This document shows, piece after piece, positions 21,633 through 34,499 of a stretch of DNA of 64,000 bases. The position numbers and the translations under genes are program-made. The notes beneath the pieces were generated by a model, which worked only from the letters and a program-made list of their open reading frames with translations, made no database searches and was not told the origin of the DNA. The first letter of the stretch is position 1. Every line of letters begins with the position of its first letter. Source of the stretch: Azolla caroliniana (Eukaryota; Plantae; Polypodiophyta); assembly GCA_043228905.1 (NCBI GenBank), contig JBHGNT010000016.1:1178001-1242000 (forward strand), given 5' to 3'.

Positions 21633-24600
21633 CACTTTGTACTTATCTTTTCACATAATATATTAGTTGTTGTCATCATCTTTCTCTCTCTCTCATTCTC
21701 GCTATCTTTCTCTCTCCTCTTCTCACTTCCTCTCTCGGGAATTTTACGCAGTCCCGTTGTTGTGAAGAATTTCGGCCAGAGGTGGAAACCGGGAAACATT
21801 GTCTACATCGGCGGGGTGCAGCGTACGCACCCATGTAATTTGGTGTGAATATCGAGGGCGCATTTATGGCGCCGAAGAGTAGTCAAGTCGGGGCAGACAA
21901 TCCCATGTAAGTCAGGATTTGTCCCACATTGTAACGCATCCCTTTCCTTGTTCTATAAAAGGAAGGGAACGCCCTTTGTGAAAGGGTTGCCCATTTTGCA
22001 TTAGAGGGTATACCGTTAGGTTTAGGGTTAGTTTCTTCTTCTTCTTCTTCTTCTTCTTCTTCTTCTTCTTCTTCTCCCCCCTTCGTGTTCTGCTTAGGGT
22101 TTGTTTGGGCGGCCTCCTGTGCAAGACCCCGATCGGCGCGACGAGCCGAGAGCTCCCCGACGGCGGCTTGGCAGCGGACGACTACTGTAACCTACCTCGG
22201 TCCGGCTCGAAGCCGGGAATGTATTCTTTTATATATATATATATACATTTGCGTCTGTTTGTGTATATTCGTGTCGTTGTTGGCGTCGGGTGCTTCCCCT
22301 TTCCTGCATTTCTTGTACATAAGGGTGTGTGTGCGTGTGTGTGCGTGTGTGTGCGTGAGTCGGTGTTAATCTCTCTCTCTCTCTCTCCCTTCAGTTGCTT
22401 CTGGTGTGCTTCTGGGATGCCCCAGAAATAGTGAAGCACGACTTCCTACGCTCCATCACTCTCTGGTCCAAGACCCCCGTGGTCCCGCCTTTCTCCACGC
22501 ACGCGCGTAATAACGCGACACCGTCCTCTTAGTACTAATAATACTGCTCTTCTTTAGTACTATTCCTGACAGTTTGAACCAATTTCTCCTCCTCCAGCCT
22601 ACTTGTCACTCTCCAAGGATCAAGTCCCCAAGGATTTCATAAAGAGCCCAAGATTAGACTTCCTGTGAAATTTGATGGAACGCGATCGCAATTCCGGGGA
22701 TTCCTTAATCAGGTATGCTTAGTCATCCAGATGCTTCCTTCCCGATATCCCACTGATGCATCTCGAGTCGGCCTAATAGGCACGTTACTTAGCGGCTCAA
22801 CCTTGGCATGGTTCGCTCCGCTTCTAGAAAAACAATCGCCCTTGCTTAATAACTTTGAAGATTTTATTGGGGAGTTTAAAGCCTGCTTTGGAGATACCGA
22901 CAACATCAGGACGGCGATCAACAAGATCCACAGATTGCGTCAAGGCGATCGTCCAGCCTCTGCCTACGCAGCAGATTTCCGTCTACTCGCCTCAGATATC
23001 CCCTGGGATGATCAAGCCCTCATGGAGCAGTTTCACTACGGCTTGCGCAACGATGTCAAAGACTTGCTTTTAACCTTCCTCGAAGAACCAAAGTCTCTTA
23101 CGGAGGCAATCAGTCGAGCGGTCCGATGCGACAACTGCCTTTTCGAACGGCGTTCGGAATGTCAATTACAAATACCACGCTCTTGGTCGAAACCCACATA
23201 CGCCTCAGTCACGGCTAAACCGTTTGCACGCGATGTACCTCAAGCCAATATTCCGACACCGATGGAGATCGACACCATGCGTCGACGCAACCTATTATCG
23301 GAAGAAGAAAAGCAAGGACGACGTGCCAATCTATTATGTCTTTATTGCGGTGGACCAGGGCATATCGCCATCAATTGTCCCCATAGGCCAAGAAGACAGG
23401 TAAATCAAATCGTCGCCTGTACTAAACCCGACTCAATTCTTCCTTTCGAAGTGTCTGATAGTATTAATAGTACTAATAGAGTGTCAGATAGTATTCATAG
23501 TACTAATAGCCCAAGTATCTCAAATAAATTTGTAATCCTTAGTCAATTAGATGAAGAGTTAAACGATTGAGTCCAGCCAAAATAGGAGCCAGTTGGTTGG
23601 ACAGCAGCCCTAGATCTGTACAGCCCATTGGTGGTTCCATTCCTTCCAAGCAAGTTAGCAATGTGTTCCTAGCCCAAGTCATTGTTAGTACTAAATGTAC
23701 TCCCCCAGTACTCGTCCTAGCACTTTTAGATTCCGGAGCTAATTCTTGTTTCATGGATCGAAATTTTGCCCAAGCTTCTCAGATATCCTTAAGAAAACTT
23801 CCTTGTCCCGCATCTGTAGTAGTCATTGATGGTCGTCCCATTGCTTCCGGGAATATTGTAGAAGAATCAAAACCCATTCAAGTTGTCCTAGGTAGTTTTG
23901 TGTGTGTAATATCATTTAATATAATTAGTAGTCCAGAGCATCCCATTGTCTTAGGATTACCTTGGTTTGAATTACATAATCCAGCCATAGATTGGAGAGC
24001 AAGAGAAGTCCGATATCGACCACCCCAAGAATCTACTCACCGAGTTTCGACCATTTCACTCCATCAACTACGCGAAGAAGGACCCAAGGAGGCAATGTTC
24101 CTATTTGCAATATCAGTACATCCTTCCAGCACTATTAAGAAGGACTCCTCAGTACAACTTCCGGCAAAATATCATCTTTATGCCGATTTATTTGACAAGG
24201 TAAAAGCCGATACCCTTCCTCATCACCGTCCCTATGACTGTCCCATCGATTTACAACCAGGAACCGAGCCACCATGGGGACCAATTTACAACCTATCACC
24301 CACCAAGTTAGAAGTCCTTCAAGCCTACATAGAGGAGATTGGCAAGCGGGTTCATCCGTCATTCGAAATCTCCGGCCGGTGCACCCATCTTCTTTGTCAA
24401 GAAGAAAGATGGCTCACTTCGTATCGTCGTTGATTACCGCGGATTGAATAAGGTCACCATCCGGAATAGGTATGCACTTCCTCTTATATCAAGTCTTTTA
24501 GAGCGAGTTAATGGTGCCAAGTTTTTTACTAAAATCGACCTACGAGGAGCGTATAACCTCGTGCGGATCCGACCAGGAGATGAATGGAAGACCGCCTTTC

Positions 24601-27509
24601 GCACGCAGTATGGGCATTTCAAGTATATTGTTATGCCATTCAGCCTAACCAATGCACCCGCAGTCTTCCAACACATGGCAAATGATATATTCAGAGACTT
24701 CTTGGATATCTGTTTGATCATCTATCTAGATGATCTATTGATTTATTCGAAGACCCAGGAAGAGCACGATTCTCATGTACTATTAGTACTAAAGTGACTT
24801 CGCGAGAATGGTCTTTATGCCAAGCTAGAAAAATGTAGCTTTGACTGCAAGCAAGTGGAATTTCTAGGCTACGTCATCTCCTCAAAGGGCATCGCCATGG
24901 ATCCAGCTAAAGTCCAAATTGTACTAGAGTGGCAAATTCCACGGTCGGTACGAGATGTACAATGTTTTCTAGGTTTTGCTAACTTCTACCGTAAGTTTAT
25001 ACAGGATTACTCGAAGATTATTTTACCTCTCACACAACTTACGAAGAAGGGCCAAGCATTTCTTTGGTCCATTGAAGCTCATGTGGATACAGGCAAACCA
25101 TTCCTCATGGAGGCCGACGCATCAGATTTCGCCCTCGGTAGCATCCTTTCTCAACAAGGAGATAAAGAAGAGTTGCATCCTGTGGCTTTCCATTCGCGCA
25201 AATTCAATATCGCAGAAATCAACTACGAAATACATGACAAGGAGTTATTAGCCATCTTGGATTCATTTGTACAATGGCGGCATTTCTTAGAGGGCTCTCC
25301 ACATCAAGTCATTGTCTTTAGTGATCATAAAAATCTTGCTTATTTCCAGAATGCTCGCGTACTAAATCGACGGCAAGCTCGGTGGGCGCAATTCCTCACG
25401 CGTTTCGACTTCAAAATCACATATCGACTGGGGAAGCACCAAGGAAAAGCAGATGCACTATCACGACGTTCATATCTTGCACCTCGTCCTGGTGATCGAA
25501 CATTTGATAATCAAAATCAAGTAATCTTAGGACCAACATGATTGCACACGACGCAGATTTTTCACACCCCGATGGATTCACAGATTACCGATGACATACA
25601 TGCAAACTTGAAGAGGGATAGTTTTGCTCAAGACATCCTGGCGCACATTGATACTTCTCGGGCATCCTGTTCTCAGTCTCAACAACCAGGTATTGACTAC
25701 TGACAATTCGAATATCATGATGGTTTGTTATTCTTTAAAAAGCGCGTATATGTCCCTGATTGCTCTTGTCGCCTTCAAATCGTCCAGCATTGTCACGACA
25801 CCCGTACAACAGGACATTTCGGTAGTACTAAGACGTTGGAGCTAGTGCAACGATCTTTTTGGTGGCCCCACATGCGTCGTTTTGTTGACGACTACGTTCA
25901 GACCTGTGATGCTTGTTGCCGAGCAAAGATGCTACGACACCATCCATATGGCTTGTTGGAACCCTTACTGATTCCATGTAAGCCGTGGCAGTCTATTTGT
26001 CTTGATTTTATCACAGATCTGCCGGTCTCAAAAGGGTTCGATGCTATCTTAACCGTCGTCGATCATTATACGAAGATGGCACATTTTGTACTATGTACTA
26101 AGGCCATCACTAGCGAGGAAACCGCCGCCCTTGTCATGCGTGAGGTATTTCGGCATCATGGCCTCCCAGACAGTATCATCAGTGATCAAGGACCGCAATT
26201 TGTCTCCAAATTTTGGCAGCATCTCTTCAAGATGCTCAAGGTCTCTTGCAACCTCTCCTCGGGCTACCATCCTCAAACCGATGGGCAGGCGGAACGAACA
26301 AACCAAACGTTGGAGCAATATCTCTGGTGTTTCATGAGTTATCAACAGGATGATTGGGCCGAGATTCTCCACTTTGCGGAGTTTGCGTATAATAATGCTA
26401 TTCACTCCTCAACTCGGGTCTCCCCATTTTTCGCTTATACCGGTTTCCATCCTCGTTGGTCGGTGATCGACACCCCGGAGCTACCTACCAACCCTCGTGC
26501 CGAGGATCATTTGGAGAGGCTACGCAAGATCCAGATGGATCTCTCTACTCACCTTCGTCATGCTCAACACACACAGAAGACTTATGCGGATCGTCATCGA
26601 ATTCCCTCCTCTTTTGCCATCGGAGATCGAGTATGGCTCTTATGTCGTCACATCAAGACTACTCAACCGTGCGACAAGTTGGATTATCGACGACTCGGTC
26701 CTTTCCGTATTACGGGTAAGGTTAATGATATCACATTCCGCCTTGATCTCCCTCCGCAGCTTCAAATACATCCGGTTTTCCATTGTTCTCTTCTTGAACC
26801 TTATAAAGCAAACACCATTCTCGATTATGTGACACCACCGCCGCCCCCGCTGGAGTTGGACGTTGGCCCGGAGTATGAAGTTGTTGCCATCCTCGATTCC
26901 AAACTTGTTCGCAACAAACTTTATTATTTGGTCAATTGGCTCAGTTATAGTCCGAGTGCCAATGCTCAGGATCTTCTTGTTGATTTCCACCGAAAGTATC
27001 CAGACAAACCCGGTCCGCACTCAGCGCCGACTCATTCCACTCGTCGTCTTTACGGGGGAGATAGTGTCATGATATGGCAAGACTCGAACCCATGACCTTA
27101 TGCTACATGGGTCGAGCTCTTACCATTAGACTATGAATTGTAATTTGTAGGATATTATTTTCATTTATGCTTTATCATGGAAAATTGATGTATATTCCAT
27201 ATCTCTCTAGAACATTCTAGAAGCCTCAGGATTATTCCTAAAAACACTATAAAAGGAGGCACAAGGCATTGTTTTGAACCAAATTGGTTCAATGCCAATC
27301 TTAAGCCTCTTAGCCACTTTGTACTTATCTTTTCACATAATATATTAGCTGTTGTCATCATCTTTCTCTCTCTCTCATTCTCGCTATCTCTCTCTCTCCT
27401 CTTCTCACTTCCTCTCTCGGGAATCTTACGCAGTCCCGTCCTCTTAGTACTAATAGTACTGCTCTTCTTTAGTACTAATTCCATCTCTGCTTTAGTACTA
27501 TTCCTGACA
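21633..27509 (+). mobile_element. Decayed chromovirus Ty3/Gypsy element (Tcn1-like)
   Basis: Gag 22665-23570 (PTPMEID, CLYCGGPGHIAINC), protease (ALLDSGA), RT ([13 protein letters not shown]), RNase H (EADASD, HDKELLAI), integrase with a GPY/F motif, and a C-terminal chromodomain (EYEVVAILDSK...YYLVNW). PPT GGGGGAGATAG precedes a 3' LTR at 27065-27509 (TGTCA...TGACA). The 5' LTR lacks U3 and ends at 22571. Confidence 0.93.
21758..22520 (+). mobile_element. Solo LTR (763 bp) with a 4-bp TSD CCGT, nested in the chromovirus 5' LTR
   Basis: TGTTGTG...CGCGACA termini, CCGT at 21754-21757 and 22521-22524. The uninterrupted 3' LTR has a single CCGT at the same site. CTATAAAAGG at about 21953. Confidence 0.92.
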
Positions 27510-28543
27510 GCACCCCCCCTTTCCTTTCTTTGGTCAATAATTCATTATGTTTTGCTTAATTCATTAGAATCTAACACATACCCTCATTGTAGTAGGGACA
27601 AAACATGTGTTTCGTTTTGTCACTACTTTTATGGGAAGTGAATAAACAATAATATATGTTATTATTTTATTGACAAATTGATGATGATTCATTCATATCT
27701 AATGTGTTTTGGGGGGAGGGAGGGTTGTGGTGTCTCTCGATATTCAATGTTTCTTTTTATTCATGAACATTGCAAGTAAAAGTGGACATTGAATAAAAGA
27801 GAAATATGTGTGAGGTATACGTAGGGGTTGAAATTCTGGAGAAAGCAAGCTCAAACATGATCTATGGGACCAAAGTAAAATGTGTTGGCCTAGCACAACT
27901 TGAGGTAAGCAGATTATATATGTGCATATAATCAAAGAAATACACTATTAACGTTCATGAGAAACCAATGCGATGACATTATGAACCCTTCCACGCTATA
28001 AAAGTATATACCTTGTGAAATGCACATAAGAGATCAAAACCAGCCTACTTAGCTTCTTACTTCTTGCTCAATTTATAGTTGATACAAAGGTACCTATTTG
28101 GGTTGGCTTAGCTACATGCGTGCCAAAAAGGGTGTGCTAAAATGGTGGGTTGGCTTAGGTACATGCATGCTAAAAAGGATGTGCTAAAAGGGTGGCACAA
28201 AGGAACACATGCACATTGCACACCACAATAATAATTATTTAATTCACTAATACATTAATTAATTTACTAATATGTTATTTAATTCATTAAAAAATAGTAA
28301 TTAATTAATTAATTAGGGCTTGAGGTAAACCTAGGGTTTCCGTGAAACCCTGAGTTTGCAGCTGAGAACGGGATGTAGGATTAGCATAGAGCATGATTGA
28401 GAGGAAAGGATGCAAGCCGAAAAGAAGAAATACGGTTGAAACTAGCCAAGAACAGGATGCGGAGAGATGCAAGGGGTGTAAACATCACACACAGTGAGCA
28501 AGGTGGGACTTCCTCCTTGTTGCTCGATGCTCACTCACTCGAA

Positions 28544-28604
28544 AAGAAGAAGAAGAAGAAGAAGAAGAAGAAGAAGAAGAAGAAGAAGAAGAAGAAGAAG
28601 AAGA
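28544..28604. repeat. (AAG)n microsatellite
   Basis: Perfect AAG run. Confidence 0.95.
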
Positions 28605-30442
28605 AAACGAATACATTTACATGTATGTATTCATATTCATAAGCATTCGTGGGGTAGGCCTCACGAATGCGAATATGTCAATCTATGCTCCTAGAAATGG
28701 CTTTGTGAATTTACTTTCCATGATCCATGGGTTGAAAACAATACATTCCTTATAGAAAACCATATGGCAATAAATGTTTTCGAGGAATAAGTTGCACTTC
28801 CCATTAACTTGAGAAGATTCAAGATTAACTAGTAATTTGAAGATACATTGTTGGGTGTATTTGACCAATTGCTCTAATAGAATACAATGCCAATGGTTAT
28901 GTTCATTAATAACACAACAATTAAAATAGATTTATGTTTATAATGAAGTTATATTGTTACAAGTTGACATATATGTATTTTATGTGTATTTAAAAGTGTA
29001 CAAATTCTAGGAAACATTGAAAAGCTCTCAACACGAATATTCCATTGTAAAAAGTAGAACAAAAAATGACAAAGTAGGTCGTATTGCACTTTCATTGGTT
29101 ATGTAAACTACATATCTATAATAGAAAAGAGATATTCTAGAGGAGACAATTTAGTATTACACGTGTCGGTTGAGCAATGTGGCCAAAGTACTCTCAATGA
29201 TTTAGATTAACAAGAAAACATTAATCGGTAATGAATGATTAATAACAATATCATATCTCCATGACGAAAGCAAGGTAAGACAATTGAGAAAAAAATATAA
29301 TTACAAAATAACAAGACATTATGTTCTACAACCAATGTGGAAAAACCTAGATCAAATAAGAGATTTTGGATGTGTCAAGAAAATATTGTTTTCAAATATG
29401 AGCCATTGTTTTTATTCTAAAATTCAAATATGTGAACCAAACGGTGCAAATGTAGAGCAATGTTTTGCAACATTTAGGTTGTGGATTTATAACTTGCGCC
29501 ATGGGTTTGACGTTGTGTTCATTATTAAAATATGCTACTAAAAAATATCTTTACAAAATTGATATTTAACATGTTTTTCCATATTTCAAGTAGTTGAACA
29601 CATAGAGTGTTCCCTTGGATGACATTGACATTTATTCTAGAACTCTTTTATACATATAGAATGTAGTGCCGTTTTCCATGCCAATTACATTTGAAAATAT
29701 ATTAAGTTATCCATGTTCATATTACATGTCTAAATTGAAAAAGCCAATTGTGCTTGTCCATCTCAATGAACATCAAGTCTTCCAAATAGACGTGTGTGAA
29801 TTCCTCCTGTACAATCTTATTTCCTACATCTACTTCTTATAAGCCATTACTTGAGATTCGAACCCATACCATTCAATGTTATGAAGCATTCAACTTTAGG
29901 GAATGCATGCGTAAAAGCAATAGTTTCACACAGGGCTTCCCGAAATTCCTTTGCCCAAATTAAGGTCACGAAATGGATACACACATAGCAATTACACTAC
30001 ATCTTATTTATCTCACGTTGTCTCTCAACCATGTCCATGGTTGAGATGAAAAGGCGAGGGTGCCCACACATGCATATCCTTGGAGTAGTAGTATGTGATA
30101 AAGCCATGCATACACGCCAACAATACAACATAATTAGATTATCTTATTAGCAAATGATATATACATCAAACTAGATTATAGATTACACAAATTTGAACTC
30201 ACATTCTTGTATTTGGACCATATGATTAGCCCATGAGTAGTTGCATGTTGTCGTGGTCAAAAGGTGATGATGGCCGCATACATCCTTGGAATGGTTAGGC
30301 GACGATATTGTGCCTATGTTTACATTTCATCACATCGAATTGGTCTCGTCTCCGATAGCCATAGTATGACCCAAGGGAGGGAGTGGGGTAGGTCATTCTC
30401 CAGAGCCATGGTTTTGGAGAGATCCAAATGGAACCAAAGAGA

Positions 30443-30507
30443 TAGATATGTAGATAGCTTGATTATATTATCGTCTTCGGAGGTCAAATATGACCTATGA
30501 GATCAAA
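30443..30507 (-). mobile_element. 3'-end fragment (about 65 bp) of the same LINE family, with a long TSD
   Basis: gattatattatcgtcttcggaggtcaaatatgacctatgaga matches 1276-1317. Flanked by near-identical copies of about 35 bp at 30408-30442 and 30508-30546. Confidence 0.9.
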
Positions 30508-30561
30508 ATGGTTTCGGAGAGATCCATCCAAATGGAGCCAAAGAAAGAGAGAGAGAGAGAG

Positions 30562-30745
30562 AGATGTAGCTCAATTGGTAATGGAGACAAGGTGGTCATG
30601 GGTTCAACCTCTCCATTCCACAATGGTGACATCTAGTGAAATAAGAGATATCCAAGGAGTAATGGAGAGGTGAGAAATTTGGGATTTGAACCCAAGATGT
30701 AGTGCTATCAATGTAAAAGACTTACCACTAGGGTAAGCTAATTAT
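30562..30745. repeat. tRNA-derived (SINE-like) dispersed repeat with A/B boxes on both strands
   Basis: Plus strand: TAGCTCAATTGG (30567) and GGTTCAACC (30601). Minus strand: an A-like box at 30740-30725 and GGTTCAAATCCC at 30692-30681. A related copy lies at 62182-62512. Confidence 0.65.
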
Positions 30746-30977
30746 AGTGGAAAAAAGAAGAAGAAAGAAACTGTAGAAGGTATGTATTGGGGACTTTGGG
30801 TCTGCCTATACACTGAAATAAAAGAAATGAAGGGGGAGAGAGACAGAGGTATGGATATGATGATAATGGTTCTGTGGAGGCTCTCAGGGTGAAGATACAT
30901 ACGTACATACATACATACATAGTGCTCCCATTCACCTGACTATCCCAATCTAACTAACTAAAACTAACTTACATCCT

Positions 30978-33900
30978 ATGGCTACCCTTATGGCCTCCCT
31001 TCCCTCTTCACAGAGCAGCTTCAGAGCTCCACGCTCCGCACCTTCCCCTTCGTTAGCTTCCTCTCTCAAGAGATTGCCAGAAAGGAGGAGATTTAACCAC
31101 ACATTAAGAAGGAGTGCAGCATCAAGAGGGTTCTCTATGTGGAATATATCTAATAACATAAACACCGAAGAGGGTATTGCTCCTCATGTGGAGATGGAAG
31201 CCATAGCCAATGAAGATAACTTTAACTCTGCTCTATCTGTTGCCCAGCAACAATCGAAACCTATAGTGATTGATTGGTAAGTTCCTTATTCTTTAACCTT
31301 ACGTGTGTGTATGCGTGAGCATACATTTTATTATGTTGCAGATGATATTTGAGTTTTTGTGCAGCATCAATAATTGAACCCTAAAGCTAAAACTTTAAAC
31401 TCTAAACTTTGAAATCCTTGGAAGATGCTTAAAGGATCTATGGTTTTTGTTCCTTTATTATCATGGATGTAGTATATAATGCCCATATTATATCAATATA
31501 GGATTGATGGATATTTTTATATAAAGTTCATTTACTCAAGTCTCATATGTTGTTGATGATCGTTGAATATGTTGTAGACCCTTGGGAAATTGTTCAAGGA
31601 TCTATGGTTATGTCTCTTAAAGTTAATGCCATGGTGTAGCGTTTATCCATATGAAGTGTGTTAAGATCACACTCTCCTCAATTGCTTATTTAACCTAATA
31701 TTAACATTACTAATTCAATGAAAACATGTGGAAATCCAGAGTATCATGCCTGAACTGATGGGTGTAGAGCAAAACAGAAAAATACCCATAACTCCTTGGA
31801 TATTTTCCAGAATAGCCCTCAGGTAGGTTCTGGCAAATATCCACAAAGTTTCCAAATTACCAGAGGTATATTCTGGTATATATCCAAAGAGTGGGGGTAT
31901 CTTGCTGTTTTATGAAATCAATAATCGAGGATATGCATCTCACTCTCCCCTGAACTATATATTGAGGCGCATCACCTTGCTAAAAGTGTGAATGCATCCC
32001 ATAACACATCCAGCTTCACTTGGAAACAGTGTACATATGAATTTATAATAGATATGCTCACAGCCTAGATCAGGGAGAGTTTATACAGAACATATAATAC
32101 GGAAGAGAATGGAAAAGGTAGCTCGGCCTTTTTATACTGATTACCCAAAAGTTTGTGTCTCAACTATAGACATCATCTGCCGGACTCTGACCATCTGAAG
32201 GCTGTCTGATAGCAAATGGATTCATGCTCTTCTTAATACCCCTAATCCTGTATGAATCAGTATGCTCATAATTGGGTGTGAAAAGTGCCAGCAACTCCAC
32301 ATGTATGAACAATAAGAAGAGGCATATTCATTATGGTTGGTGGGATAAGCATTTAGGTCTACCTCCTGCTGTATAAAGAACCTTAGGCTGTATCCTAAGG
32401 TTCGGACACTAACTACATTCCACTAACTACTCCTGCTGTATTTGTTCATGGTGGAGCACATGAGACATAGCTCTCTTTGTACAACACCTGTTGTAATCAC
32501 TGTGTTATACATCTCCGTCTTGTGTCTTTGCTTCATTGTGTTCTTGTCAAGCATCTACCTGTACAAATCCTCTCGTATTTCCACAGAATATACATGATAT
32601 CAGATTTTTGAGGTTCTGATTCTTGACAAAGCTTTGGAGGAGGAGATAGTTGCAGAAGATATGGTGATTAAACAAGTTTGTGGATGCTCAGTCAGTGATG
32701 TCAACAGGTGGAAGTACTAGTGGGATTCTTGTTTGTGCCAGGCCATGGCTGCTAACAATATTTGAGGTAAAATTAGTAGAGTTGAACTAAACATTGCGGA
32801 AGTTCAAGATCACGACGATTTGAACTCCTATGGAATCCTAAACACCATCCTAGCCTTGATGTGGAGCCAGTGGGATCCATAAATCACAGAACCCAGCATA
32901 GATGATGCCACTATTCACAGTAGATTTACGGGCATACAATAGTAAATTTGTTATTCTCTGTATGCATGGGAACAACTGATTTGGTGTTGACATTGGTTCA
33001 ACATACAAGGAATGTAGTGGAATGTGTTCATCACTGTGAGGATCAACCAGAAATTTCTGGTGGAGGAATGCAGACGAGTTTGTATAAAGTCTCAAGTAGG
33101 AGGAACAAAGCATCTAGAAGATGTACTGCTGGTAGCAAAGTTGGTTGATGTAGGCAATGGCATAGTCTTTCATAAGGCAGATGTGGAGATCTGCAATGAC
33201 CCAAATGAGTTGCAGAATCTGATGAGCAGAGAGGCAATCTGTTTGAACTAACAACTTGAGCTTAGACATGGAAGAGTGCAAGACTGTTGTGAATGCTAAA
33301 TTATTGCACGGATATTTTAGGCACTTGAGGTTTCGGATCTTGCAGTAGATGCAAGCAAATGGGCTGGTAGACAACTTATCTGAACTAGTTGAAGTGTCCT
33401 GGGCTTGTATTCTAGGCAAAGAAGTTTGGGAGGTGTTACCATTGAAAATCAAGAGAGTTGAGGCTCCTCTAGAGTTGGTTCACCTTGGCTCCAGATAGAG
33501 TTTACAAATGAGAATCGCGTGGGTCCGCCAAGGTTAAGAAGAATACAGGAGCACACATGCCAGCAGTGTGCAGTGCATCCTATTGCAAGCCTTGCACTTA
33601 TGGCAGTGACCCTTGAGGTGTGCAGGATAACAGGTGGTTGGATAGAGTGGACAATATCAAATTCTGGTCGGGATCTCCTATATTTGTGCAATATCAAATT
33701 CTGGTCAAGAGTAGACTTAGCCTATTTGGTGGGATTCTTGGCAAAGTTTCCCATGAATCTATTTATTTGCAATTTAGGTGCTAGAAGGGTTTCGTTGGAT
33801 GTGGCATCAGTCTTGACCAGGAGACAAAGCTATCCAGATACTGTGATTCCAACTGGGCTGGGGATCCAGTAGAGAGTAGATCGTCTTCTGAATTCTATTT

Positions 33901-34433
33901 GCTCAGGTGTGGAATTTATTTTTGTAGACTAGCAAGAAGCAATTGATTTTCTTGCTATCTTGAGTGAAAGTAGAGAACAAGGCTGTACATTGTGCAAGGG
34001 TTGAAGCAATATGGCTAAGAAAGCTCATAGCGGAAATCAGGATGCAAATTGAGTGGGACGTGGATAGGATATTACAGCTAGAGCTGTGCCACTATCACAA
34101 AGAATCCAGTGTTCCATGGACAGACTAAATATATCGATATTCATACAAGATCTCATTTCAGATGGGAAGGTGAATAGGAGTACTGTCCCAAGAGGGACAA
34201 TTGCAAACTACCACTCATATGGAATACGCTCACGCTAGCCCTTATTAAACCCCAAGAGTGTAATTCTGTAAGCATGTCAAAAGGCACCATTGTGATGATT
34301 CTTGGATTGGTGCTTTCCTTTTTGTTACCATTTTCTTCTTTTGAGAAGCCTACTTCGAGAAGTTTGATGTAAGGTCTAAATAACCAAGTTATATGTATAC
34401 ATACATACATACATACATACATACATACATACA

Positions 34434-34499
<66 letters not shown>

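Noticed and set aside
28397-28694. Poly-Lys/poly-Arg ORFs
   Set aside because: They are translations of the (AAG)n microsatellite.
30562-30625. Functional tRNA genes here, at 62182 and at 27074
   Set aside because: A/B boxes are present, but the acceptor and anticodon stems do not form a cloverleaf.
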